Positions 12,135 to 22,319 of a stretch of DNA of 40,816 nt are shown here, piece by piece. Below the pieces are notes generated by a model that was not told the origin of the DNA, searched no databases, and saw nothing but the letters and a program-made list of their open reading frames with translations. The DNA is taken from positions 1-40,816 of the forward strand of contig CDRNVI010000227.1 of assembly GCA_977017575.1 (NCBI GenBank). Direction: 5' to 3'. The translations under genes were made by a program, and so were the position numbers. Positions within the stretch are counted from its first letter, which is position 1; the number at the start of each line of letters is the position of its first letter. The DNA is from Paramoeba atlantica (taxonomy: Eukaryota > Protista > Discosea).

Positions 12135-13840
12135 TAAAACTTAAGTAATTTCTTTAATTGTTTACCCGTATCCTGCAATAATTGTTTGCCTTGATGTTTA
12201 AGCACATTGCCTTGGATCGATGTCCAATCAGGCGAAGCAGTCATATGCGTTAGTGAGCCACTGATCAAAATCGGTAATTGATCTTTGCCTAACACACTGC
12301 CAATTTTTGCAAATAATTGATGCGTACTCTTATTTGCATTAGCACCTTCAGTAATTTGCAAACGATAGTTCACTGCTTGCGATACTAAGTTAACACTCCC
12401 TTTTCCGGTGATTTGGAATTGTGGTGATGCCAAAATGAAGTCATGATTACGCGCAATGCCATTATTTATCTGTATGCTGCCTGATAATTTTGTAAATTTA
12501 GTTTGTCCACGACTGGATTGACCAGCTGGTATTGATGGAAATGTTTTTTTGTTCGCAGCAGTAGCAAATTGACTAATCGATTGTAGTTGATGCCTGATGT
12601 CAATGCCTTGCAGTGCACCATTATCCACCTGAAAATTGCCGTTACCTTGCATGTTTTGCAGCATGGCTTGCTGAGTAAATCCGTGTGTAGACCCATTAAT
12701 ATGAAATTGTAATTTACCAGTCATCATAGTACTGCCCAATGCATCTTTTAACATCGGCTGTAGTGCAACATTACGCAATGTTTCTGAAGCAGTCATTTGT
12801 GGTGTTCCGGAACTAACATCGATTACATATTTTCCTTCATAGGTACCCTTGTAGAAAGTTGCTTGCATGGGGGTTATTTGCAGCTTACCCGCACGTGCTT
12901 GTAATCCTAATGTTACATCAGTAGCGTGAAAGTTCATGGCTTGTAGTTGATCAATATGCAGTTGACCATTCGCATGTAATTGACGCAACATGCCTATCCA
13001 AGGAGGTGATGTAGTTGTAGGTGCAGCATATGCAGTAGCAATTGGACTAAAATTGTATTGTGTATGTTGTTGTGCAGTTGTGGGTGGTTTCGACTCTAAA
13101 TACTGATCAAGATTTAATGTGTCGATGTGTAAATCAAACTTAGCATTGGGTGCAGTTGTTAGTTTAGTAATATCAACGTCACCATGCAATGTGCTAGCGT
13201 TCACAGTAAATTTAATAGTATTTAACTGGATGTGCGATTGACTTAATCCTGCATGTTTGATCGTGATATTAATATTATTAAAGACAGCACGTTGATTAGT
13301 TTGTTTGTCATCCCAAATAAGTTTACCACTGCTAATATTCAAATCGTGAACATCTGCGCTAATGGTTGATGGGGTAGATTGTGCGTTACTACTGGATGAA
13401 CCTTTAGATTGTTGTGTAATGGTGATTGAATCAGTATGTTGTTTAAAATCAAAGTTCGTATGACCTTGTTTAGATGTGATCAAATGTATAGTTGGTTTTT
13501 TTAATGCAAATGTATCGACATCTACCTGACCAGATAGTAGTGATAACAGTTTAACGCTAATATCAATTTGTGCTACGGCGACAAGTGGTGTTTTGTCAGG
13601 AAAATCGCGTGGATTGCCTAGTGTTACTTGCTCTACTGTGATTCCTAACCAAGGAAATAGCGACCAGTTAATGTTACCATCAATTGTTAATGGCCTACCC
13701 GTTGCTTGTTGTATTTGGGTACTGATTTGAGATTTATAATCGTTTAAGTCAATGGTGTTGACCACCACAACTAAGCCAATGATCAATAACAATAGTAAGC
13801 TGGCAATCGTAATAAAGGCAATTTTGATCGCTTTTTTCAT
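12134..13840 (-). CDS. asmA: AsmA family protein
   Basis: N-terminal TM followed by DLNDYKSQI...ATGRPLTIDGNINWSLFPWLG and a C-terminal AsmA-type beta region. TAATG overlap with mutY. Confidence 0.88.
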   Translation of the reverse strand: MKKAIKIAFITIASLLLLLIIGLVVVVNTIDLNDYKSQISTQIQQATGRPLTIDGNINWSLFPWLGITVEQVTLGNPRDFPDKTPLVAVAQIDISVKLLSLLSGQVDVDTFALKKPTIHLITSKQGHTNFDFKQHTDSITITQQSKGSSSSNAQSTPSTISADVHDLNISSGKLIWDDKQTNQRAVFNNINITIKHAGLSQSHIQLNTIKFTVNASTLHGDVDITKLTTAPNAKFDLHIDTLNLDQYLESKPPTTAQQHTQYNFSPIATAYAAPTTTSPPWIGMLRQLHANGQLHIDQLQAMNFHATDVTLGLQARAGKLQITPMQATFYKGTYEGKYVIDVSSGTPQMTASETLRNVALQPMLKDALGSTMMTGKLQFHINGSTHGFTQQAMLQNMQGNGNFQVDNGALQGIDIRHQLQSISQFATAANKKTFPSIPAGQSSRGQTKFTKLSGSIQINNGIARNHDFILASPQFQITGKGSVNLVSQAVNYRLQITEGANANKSTHQLFAKIGSVLGKDQLPILISGSLTHMTASPDWTSIQGNVLKHQGKQLLQDTGKQLKKLLKF

Positions 13841-13862
13841 GATGTTCTCCCTAACAGCTGAC

Positions 13863-13936
13863 TTGAGCGGGTGATGGGAATCGAACCCACGTTCTCAGCT
13901 TGGGAAGCTGATGTTCTACCATTGAACTACACCCGC
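13863..13936 (-). tRNA. tRNA-Gly (CCC)
   Basis: Reverse complement GCGGGTGTAGTTCAATGGTAGAACATCAGCTTCCCAAGCTGAGAACGTGGGTTCGATTCCCATCACCCGCTCAA. The 3' end reads CAA rather than CCA. Confidence 0.95.
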
Positions 13937-14068
13937 AAATGTAGTCATTATACTAAAAGAATTGGTATAATTAATCTAGCAAAATAAGTCACATTTTTTG
14001 TAGGATAATGTATAATATTTTGCTGAAAAACATAGGCAATATTAATAGTAAAACTATAGCTAGCTAAC

Positions 14069-14779
14069 ATGCAGACCAATTCATCACCAGTATATCGATC
14101 CATTCGTAGTTTTGTATTACGTCAAGGGCGCATGACAACGCGTCAACAACAAGCACTTGATCAGCTGTGGCCACGATACGGATTAACCCCAACAGCAAAT
14201 ACATTACTTGATTTAACCGCAATTTTTCAACGTGATGCAAAACGTGTGTGTGAAGTTGGATTTGGTATGGGACAGTCACTGTTACAAATGGCATTGGCAC
14301 ATTCTGATATTGATTATGTCGGTATTGAAGTGCATTCGCCGGGTATTGGTGCGTTATTATCAGCAATTGATGTGGCACAGATAACTAATGTGCGTATTTT
14401 ACATGGCGACGCCAATGTATTATTAACACAACATTTTACTGAAAACACCTGGGATGGTTTTCAAATATTTTTTCCTGATCCGTGGCCAAAGCAACGTCAT
14501 CATAAACGTCGTTTATTGCAATTACCGTTTTTAACATTGTTACAGCAACAATTAAAGCCAAATGGTTTTTTACATATTGCTACGGATTGGCAACATTATG
14601 CAGATGAGATATTAGCATTGTTAACCGCAATGCCTGGATGGGTCAATGCCGCTGGTGTTGGCCAATTTTCACCAAGACCAGCAACACGTCCACAAACAAA
14701 GTTTGAAAAACGAGGCTTACAGCGTGGGCATAATGTTTGGGATCTGTTATTTTATAAAAGAGATGAAATAAAAATCTAA
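14069..14779 (+). CDS. trmB: tRNA (guanine-N7)-methyltransferase
   Basis: IRSFVLRQGRMT, EVGFGMG, GIEVH, FFPDPWPKQRHHKRRL, ATDW and TKFEKRG motifs. Confidence 0.96.
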   Translation: MQTNSSPVYRSIRSFVLRQGRMTTRQQQALDQLWPRYGLTPTANTLLDLTAIFQRDAKRVCEVGFGMGQSLLQMALAHSDIDYVGIEVHSPGIGALLSAIDVAQITNVRILHGDANVLLTQHFTENTWDGFQIFFPDPWPKQRHHKRRLLQLPFLTLLQQQLKPNGFLHIATDWQHYADEILALLTAMPGWVNAAGVGQFSPRPATRPQTKFEKRGLQRGHNVWDLLFYKRDEIKI

Positions 14780-14819
14780 AAAAAGTGACGCAGAACTTTA
14801 AAGGTGTAATAAATAGTTT

Positions 14820-15590
14820 ATGTTAGTGACTAAGAAAATAATCTTATGTTGCATATTATCAACCAGTATAGCCGTTGGTTATGCACAATCATCACCAGTG
14901 ACTTGGCGAACCCTTGCCAAGGGTTTGCAATATACTCAAATTACATTACCTGTTACTGCGTTTACCCAAGGCACGTTGCATGCCTTTCAAATTGATGTGG
15001 CTGATTATCAATTGGATTTGGCATTTGCACGTGATAACCAACAACCATTGGCATCTGTTAAGCAATTGGCGCAAGTCAATGATGCCGTTTTAGCAATTAA
15101 TGGCGGTTTTTTTACTCCAAATTCACAACCACTTGGCTTACGCATTCAGCATGGTCAGCAACGATCACCGATTAAATCGATTAGTTGGTGGGGTGTTTTT
15201 TACATACGTAATCATCGTCCATATATTGTTGCACAGCGTCGCTTTAAGCATGACGAACAGGTTACGTTTGCATTACAAGCTGGCCCACGGTTATTAGCAA
15301 ATGGTAATGTATTACGTTTAAAACCAGGAGCTGCACAACGCTCGATGGTCTGCATTACGACAACAGGCAAGGTTATTTTAGCAGTGACTCAACACACACT
15401 GATCAGTACTACAGACTTAGCAAAACTGTCACGTCAAAGTAATCAACAAGGTGGCTTAGGGTGTCAGGATGCATTGAATTTAGATGGAGGCAGTTCTACT
15501 CAGCTATACGCTAACGTAGGTGATTTCGTATTAGATCTCAGTGGCTTTGATCGAGTAGCCGATGCGATTTTTATTAAAACAAAACAATGA
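14820..15590 (+). CDS. Phosphodiester glycosidase (NAGPA-like) family protein, probably exported
   Basis: Signal-peptide-like N-terminus, with AINGGFF, QAGPRL, AQRS and ALNLDGGSSTQ motifs. Confidence 0.85.
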   Translation: MLVTKKIILCCILSTSIAVGYAQSSPVTWRTLAKGLQYTQITLPVTAFTQGTLHAFQIDVADYQLDLAFARDNQQPLASVKQLAQVNDAVLAINGGFFTPNSQPLGLRIQHGQQRSPIKSISWWGVFYIRNHRPYIVAQRRFKHDEQVTFALQAGPRLLANGNVLRLKPGAAQRSMVCITTTGKVILAVTQHTLISTTDLAKLSRQSNQQGGLGCQDALNLDGGSSTQLYANVGDFVLDLSGFDRVADAIFIKTKQ

Positions 15591-15594
15591 ATGA

Positions 15595-16664
15595 TTACGA
15601 TGATTGCTTAGCTAAGTTTTTTGTATTGTCTTGAACAAGCTGTTGTTGACGTTCTTGATAAATGGCATTACTTAATGTGTATACAGCCATAGCATATAAT
15701 GAGCTAGTATTGTAACGTGTGATCACGTAAAAATTAGGAAACCCTAACCAATATTCATCGTGTTGTTTAGTTTGGCGTAGGCCGACTATATTAACCGGTA
15801 ATCCAGCAGGCAAGTTAGCATTAGTGTGTATGCCCCATTTGCGCAATTGATTGACTGTATAAGGCATTTTGAGTTGTTTGTTAGCTAAGTGTATATTGTG
15901 TTGACGGCTTAGCGTAACAGCTTGTGCGATAGGTTGTTTAGGTTGCCAGCCATTTTCACGTAAATAATTAGCAACAGAACCAATCACATCATCAGTATTA
16001 TCAAATAAATTAATCTGTCCATTATGAGCAAAATCAACTGCATAATGTCGATAGCTACTCGGCATAAATTGTGGTTGTCCAATAGCACCAGCGTAAGAAC
16101 CTTTAACCGTCGTTGGATTAATACCATTATCGTGAGCCAGTACTAAAAATTCAGCTAATTCTTTTTTAAAAAACCGACTGCGTTTAGGATATTCAAAGGC
16201 CAATGTTGTTAATGCATCTAGTACAGAGAAATGTCCACGTTGTTTACCATAATACGTTTCAACGCCGATAATGGCGACGATTACACTGGCAGGCACACCA
16301 TATTTTCCTCTGCTTTGGCTAGTGTATCTGCATGTTGTTGCCAGAAATCCGCTCCTTTTTGAATCCGATCTTGCGTTAAGAAACGCGCACGGTACATATA
16401 CCACGGTTTAGCTTCGTATGGACGATTCATTGCATTAATGACGTTAGCTTGTAGATGTGCTGTTGCCATCACGTGTTCGATATAACGACGATTTAAATGA
16501 TAGTTATCAGTGACTTGCTGAATAAATTGTTGCACATCTGATCGTTGCAATAGCGGTGTTGCTGATATGATCGCTGTTTTACTCGATGTGGTATTGGCAA
16601 GCACACCATGAAAACAGCTGATGGTAGCAATGACTAATAGTGCGAGAATACGTCGGTATTTCAT
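15595..16664 (-). CDS. mltB: Lytic murein transglycosylase B (one frameshift near 16300)
   Basis: YGVPASVIVAIIGVETYYG, LTTLAFEYPKRSRFF, GSYAGAIGQPQFMPSSY and ITRYNTSSLYAMAV. An A is missing in a homopolymer at GAA AA(A) TAT. Confidence 0.93.
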
Positions 16665-16748
16665 GTATTGCCTCGTAATTTATTCATCATTAATATCACT
16701 AAATGTAGACTAGCATACTTTGAAAAGAATATAAATCAATCAGACTAT

Positions 16749-16779
16749 ACTCTGCGCACTTGAATTGTAGGCTTTGTTG
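16749..16779. repeat. Dispersed 31-bp intergenic repeat, copy 2
   Basis: ACTCTGCGCACTTGAATTGTAGGCTTTGTTG is 29/31 identical to 10580-10610, in the same orientation. Confidence 0.85.
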
Positions 16780-16800
16780 CACCTCAAATCGCAAAAACGA

Positions 16801-16868
16801 TTTAACCTAAATTCCGCAGTTAAACTAGCCCTTCTCGTCGTCAGTTCAAATGCGGAATTTAGGTTTAA
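16801..16868. repeat. Long inverted repeat at the rodA 3' end
   Basis: Perfect 15-bp arms AACCTAAATTCCGCA (16804-16818) and TGCGGAATTTAGGTT (16851-16865), with further imperfect inner pairing and a 16-nt loop. Confidence 0.75.
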
Positions 16869-18004
16869 CCAGATAGTAACTTACGATGTGTATGAATTGA
16901 CATTAAGATCCCAAATCCAGCAAATACGGTTACCAGTGATGTGCCGCCGTAACTGACCAGTGGTAGTGGTAACCCAACCACAGGCAGAATCCCGCTGACC
17001 ATACCGATATTAATTAATGCAGATAAGCAAAATGTTAAACTGAGACTGCCCGCTAATAACCGAGTGTATGTATCTTGTGCCTGTAAACTAATATACAACC
17101 CACGTCCAGTAATATAGAAATAACACATCAATAATATCAGGCAGCCGAGCAAACCGAATTCTTCTCCACATACCGCAAAGATAAAGTCAGTGGCGTGTTC
17201 TGGCAGGAAATTTAAATGGGATTGGGTGCCGTGTAACCAACCTTTACCAAAAAAGCCGCCAGAACCAATTGCAATTTTCGATTGGATAATATGGTAGCCT
17301 GTGCCCAGTGGATCACGTTCAGGATTTAAAAATGTTAATATCCGTTGACGTTGGTAGTCATGCATAAAATGCCAGATAAATGGCATAAGTGCACTGACAC
17401 CAATGACAGCGGTAATAATCCATTGCCATGCGATGCCTGCTAAAATCAAAACGAACCCACCCGCGGCGATTAACATAATCGCTGTTCCCAAATCAGGTTG
17501 ACGCGCGGTCAGTAATGCTGGGATCAGCATTAACATGCCGGTGATGATAATATCTTTGGTTTTTGGTGGTAAATGACGTCGATGAAAATACCAGGCAATT
17601 ATCATTGGAATAGCTAGTTTCATTAATTCTGATGGTTGTAAATGTACAATGCCAAGGCTTAACCAGCGTTGTGCACCTTTACCAACATGCCCCATTAATA
17701 ACACCAGTATTAAGCCAATTAAGCCAATGGCAAAGATCCAGGGTGTCCAGCGGTAGTATTGATGTGGTGGGATTTGTGCAGCAAGCAACATGATCCATAT
17801 CGCAATGCTGACACGGATAACTTGACGCAAGACGATCTGCGTTTCTTCACCACTGGCACTAAATAAGATAGTTAACCCAAATCCAGCTAATAATAACAAA
17901 CCGCAGAGTAAGACACCGTCAATATGTAAGCGTTGTAATAGTGTTTGATGACGACATTCATGCTGATGCCGAGTAGTCAGTATGTATTGCAATATATTAA
18001 TCAT
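16865..18004 (-). CDS. rodA: Rod shape-determining protein RodA
   Basis: GAQRWL, LQPSELMKL, QPDLGT, YQRQRILTFLNPERDPLGTGYHIIQSKIAIGSGG, LPEHATDFIF and LPLVSYGGTS motifs. Confidence 0.97.
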   Translation of the reverse strand: MINILQYILTTRHQHECRHQTLLQRLHIDGVLLCGLLLLAGFGLTILFSASGEETQIVLRQVIRVSIAIWIMLLAAQIPPHQYYRWTPWIFAIGLIGLILVLLMGHVGKGAQRWLSLGIVHLQPSELMKLAIPMIIAWYFHRRHLPPKTKDIIITGMLMLIPALLTARQPDLGTAIMLIAAGGFVLILAGIAWQWIITAVIGVSALMPFIWHFMHDYQRQRILTFLNPERDPLGTGYHIIQSKIAIGSGGFFGKGWLHGTQSHLNFLPEHATDFIFAVCGEEFGLLGCLILLMCYFYITGRGLYISLQAQDTYTRLLAGSLSLTFCLSALINIGMVSGILPVVGLPLPLVSYGGTSLVTVFAGFGILMSIHTHRKLLSG

Positions 18005-19845
18005 GATGGTTTCACTTTGTTATCAGTGTACTGTAATAAATACGTATCCATGACTTTACGTGCCACATTTGGTGCCATCGGACTGTTTTCAACGATAACT
18101 GCAATGGCAATTTCAGGTTGTTTAACTGGTGCAAATGCAATAACGTTGAATGATCACGTAGCCGTTCCGGCACGTTCAAATCATCATAGTTTTCATTCTG
18201 TTTAATCGTAAATAATTGGGCAGTACCTGTTTTTGCTGCCACTGAATAGCGTGGGTGGCCAAAGCGAAACCCAGTACCTTGTGCGCTTGTAATCACTTGT
18301 TGCATTGCACGAGTAACATGAGACCATGCATCATTAGGTAATTGAACTGCTGGTTGCGCAGTGGTGTCGCATAGTGATCTTGTAAATTAGGGGTTTGTTG
18401 TTTGAGCACCAAGTAAGGTTTAAAACGTTTACCACGCATGGCTAACGTTGCACTAGCGCTAGCCATTTGCAGTGGTGTGACTATCAATGACCCTTGACCA
18501 ATCCCAGTAATTAATGTATCACCTGGATACCAGGGTTTTCCTTTATGTGCCCGTTTCCAAGCAGGATCGGGAACGATTCCAGCTAATTCTTCGCCTATGT
18601 CAATGTGAGTCAGTGCACCAAAACCAAATGCTTGCAAAATAGTTTGCATACGTTCAATACCTAATTTGCGCGCAAGCACGTAAAAAAACACGTCTGAGGA
18701 TTGTACCAGCGCATTGTTAGCATTCATCCAGCCTAGCCCGTCTTGGTTCCAATTACGAAATCGGTGTGAGCTGTTGGGTAATTGGTACCATCCTTTATCG
18801 TAGACTTGCCATTGTGGGGTAATGATATGATTACCCAATGCGGTCAATGTATACATCGGTTTAACAATCGAACCAGGTGGATACAGGCCACGTACAGCAC
18901 GATTGAATAACGGTTGATCAGGTGATTGACGTAAATGATCATAGACTTGTTGTTTGATGCCTTTAACAAATAGATTAGGATCATACGCAGGGCGACTGAC
19001 TAATGCGAGTACTTGTCCGGTTGTAGGTTGGATCGCAACAACAGCACCACGATGTTTACCTAATGCAATGTCAGCAGCAATCTGCAAACGACTGTCGATG
19101 GTTAAATATAAATTATTTCCAGGAGTTGGTAGACGATGATCGAGTACGCGTACACTGCGACCACTTACATCTTTTTCAACACGCTCATAACCTACTTGAC
19201 CATGTAATTGGGCTTCATAATATTTTTCAATACCAAGTTTACCGACATAATGAGTGGCACGGTAATTACCGCTATCTAATTGACGTAATTCATTAGCGTT
19301 AATGCGACCAATATAACCAAGCACGTTGACCATGGTTTTTCCTAATGGATAATAGCGTAGTAATCGTGCATTAATCGCTATACCAGGAAAACGGTGCTGA
19401 TTCACCGAGAAGACTGCAACATCGCTTGGGGTTAATTGCAACTTGAGTGGAATAGCATCAAAACGCCGTTGCTGCTTCATTTGTTTGTGAAATTGTTGGA
19501 TATCGTCATCGGTGATGGTAATCAGTTGTTTTAGTGCATTAATAGTATCGTCAAGATGGGTCACTTTATCTGGTATGATTTCCAAACTGAATACCGGTAA
19601 ATTTTCAGCGAGCAAGACACCATTACGATCGTAAATTAATCACGATTAGGGGCTAACGGGACTAAATCCAATTGATTTTGTTCTGATAGTGTTGTGTAGC
19701 GGCGATGCTCAACCAGTTGCAGTAAATAAAGACGAGCAATAATCATGATGATCGCCAATACCAATAACAGACACGTTATGCAGAGCCGACGTTGGAATAA
19801 GCTCATTTCTTGCGCATGGTCATTGATGTTGAAATAGTTGGGCAT
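18001..19845 (-). CDS. mrdA: Penicillin-binding protein 2 (about 3 frameshifts)
   Basis: Pieces 19636-19872, 18293-19615, 18012-18305 and a 3' frame give LRYYPLG, GKLGIEKYYE, YPPGSIVK (SxxK), SSDVFFY (SxD) and AAKTGTAQ (KTG). The stop overlaps the rodA ATG (ATGA). Confidence 0.95.
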
Positions 19846-20043
19846 AGTGATAATGACGCTATTAGTAATCAAAGAGACATCTTAACGGATTAACCTACTG
19901 AAAGGGAGGGGAAGAGCGTAGGATTATCCACAGAGTCTTACACATATAACGATGTTATCGTGGATTTGTCTTATTAAGACGATTTTTTTTAGATGAGATC
20001 ACGATTCAATCCAAAAAATCTGTAATTTTCTGGCAATAAGTGC

Positions 20044-20073
20044 TTGACGACTGATCTAAGTTGCGGCTACACT
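20044..20073 (+). promoter_or_regulatory. Putative sigma70 promoter of the Sel1-like gene
   Basis: TTGACG (20044-20049)-N18-TACACT (20068-20073), about 100 nt upstream of the ATG. Confidence 0.5.
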
Positions 20074-20077
20074 ACAA

Positions 20078-20178
20078 ACTCACCGATCTAGCGGTGAGTG
20101 AGCAATGGAATGTTCAACACAGTGACTACACGGATGGGTAGATCCGTTTAGCATGGAAGCGAGGTATAGTCATGGATG
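20078..20178 (+). promoter_or_regulatory. Structured 5' leader with four CsrA/RsmA-type ANGGA sites
   Basis: Hairpin ACTCACCG-ATCTAG-CGGTGAGT (20078-20099). ATGGA at 20105 lies in the loop of GAGCA/TGTTC; CACGGATG at 20129 lies in the loop of CTAC/GTAG; CATGGAAG at 20152 is next to the GAGG RBS; CATGGATG at 20171 covers the start codon. Confidence 0.6.
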
Positions 20179-21306
20179 CACAGTTGTCTGATCAGCGCCG
20201 TTACCGGCCGTTATATAAAACCCTTACCGTTGGAACCAATCAGTATGCCGTTGTTGATCGCGATGTTGCCTATCATCGTGCTGATCGTTATTACAATCAG
20301 GCATTAGATTTGATCGATATCAGTCGTCGCCAAGCACAAAATCAATCGGCATTAGATCCCGCGTTAGTTGATCAAATTGCTGATGCCTTGTTATTAGCAA
20401 CGGATCTGGGCAGTGGCGAAAGCACCAATGTTATTAGCACAGCGTGCACTAGATGGTCTTGGTGCGCAACACGTGCTGCGCGAAGATGTGATTGTGTTTT
20501 GCGAATTGCTGCTGAACGTCAGCATGCTGAAGCAGCCTATCGTTTAGGGTGTAGTTATGCAGCAACGGGTAATTTTACTGAAATTGAAGCGGCTTATTAC
20601 AGCTGATCCACACTTAACACCACAAGAACGTTACGCTTAGCTATCCATTACTTAATGTTGGCAGTTGAACAGCAACATGCAATTGCCATTGAAACCTTAA
20701 TTTTAGCGTATGCCTACGGTAGACCTTATATTCCTAAAGATGCGAGTCAGTTTGTTAGTTTGTGCACGAGATTAGTACGTCGTGGTAATCAATCTGTTGC
20801 ATTAGGTTTTGGTGCATGGTTAGCTGGGATGACAGTAGAGGGTAAACCACCACTGGCTGATTCGATTCAATTAACCAGCAATCCAGAATTAAGCTTACGT
20901 TATTTATTAATGGCATCACGCGGAAGCGATTTGCAATTAGCACAACATGCATTGCATTTACTCTCTCTTGGTGTTCAGCGCGGTGTATGGGGTAACGAAT
21001 TAACAAATAGTGCAATGAAACGCACGATGATAGAAGATGCATTAACAGGTAATCAATTATTAGCGCTGTATTTAACCTGGTATTCGTTGGATGCGGCTAA
21101 ACGACCAAAATTTACCGGATTTAATTGCGTCATATGCATGTGAGTCTTTGGAGAAGGTATTTGCTCCATGTGTACAACGTGCAGTACACTATTTCGAATT
21201 GACTGTTAAAGGTGCACAAAGTGAAATAGCCAGTGCGGCACGTAGCTTATCTCGACATGTGTTTGCGGGTTATGTGGATGCGCTTAATACGTTAAAAGCA
21301 AAATAA
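20172..21306 (+). CDS. Sel1-like (SLR/TPR-type) helical repeat protein, about 375 aa after fixing several frameshifts
   Basis: Pieces 20172-20606, 20655-21143 and 21091-21306 join into repeated SLR-like units: AAERQHAEAAYRLGCSY, AIHYLMLAVEQQHAIAIETL, SLRYLLMAS and AVHYFELTV. Confidence 0.65.
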
Positions 21307-21345
21307 AATCTATAATATCAGTTAGCTAATGTGTTTAACATACGA

Positions 21346-22249
21346 TTAAGCTGATTTCTTACGACGAGTACCCAATCCAATTGATCCAATAATAAAGAGC
21401 ATACCAATTAATTGCATTAGATGTAGACTTTCTGCCAAGAACAGCCAAGCAATAATAATCGTGCTGATTGGCATTACAGCAGTAAAGAAAGAGGCAAGTG
21501 ATGCTGGCACATTTTTACTGCCAAAATACCAAAATAAATAAAACAGGCTGGAAGCACTGCCACTGATAATCAAAATGCCTAACATTAACGGTGTTAAATG
21601 TATTTGACTGGTGTGGCTTAATTGATACAAAGCAAATGGCAAGAACGCCAATGCATTAATGCCATTAATAATGGTTGCAAGTAAAATCCCCGGTACACGG
21701 GTATGGAAACGTTTTACTAAAATGTAATACATTGCTTCTGGTAATAGGGATAATAAGATAAATAAACCGCCAATCAATGAATTGCTATTTGTACCGTGAG
21801 TTGCACTGAATAAATTGATAACAGCAATACCCAATACCCGCAAAAGCAATACATAACCATTTTTCTAGGCTGAGTACTTCTTTTAAAATAAAAAATGATA
21901 GTAGTGCAACCACAGCAGGTAATGTGCTGGTGATGATGCCAGCAACACTGGCATTAGCGTAACGCAACCCAAGTAGCATTAATCCATTAAATAAGAATCC
22001 AGCACACAATGCTTTGGCTGTAATAACAAGCCAGTCGCGCGATCGAATACGTGCATGACGCATATTATGTCCACGATACACAAAGCGGCCAACGTTATCT
22101 AGAATCAACGTGGCAATCGCAAAACGTAATTCCAAAATAACGAATAAGGGTAAATGTGTTAATAGGTATTTTGAACAGACAATACCGATAGCCACCATGG
22201 TTTGTGATAGAGATAATAATAAATAGTGGCGTGTTGTTGGTTTATACAT
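21346..22249 (-). CDS. DMT/EamA family transporter (one frameshift near 21840)
   Basis: Two EamA halves: LELRFAIA...GLRYANASVAGIITSTLP and GSKNVPASLASFFTAVMPISTIIIAWLFLAE. Confidence 0.88.
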
Positions 22250-22319
22250 GCGCGAAGTGTAGCGTAGTCATTAACTAGGCGCAATATCAATATATTTCTT
22301 TGTTTTGCAAAGTACGACG

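Noticed and set aside
19924-19932. Perfect DnaA box TTATCCACA upstream of mrdA as a sign of oriC
   Set aside because: It is a single box with no cluster, no DUE and no dnaA/gidA context, and one 9-mer match in 27 kb of AT-rich DNA is plausible by chance. At most it is a local regulatory site.
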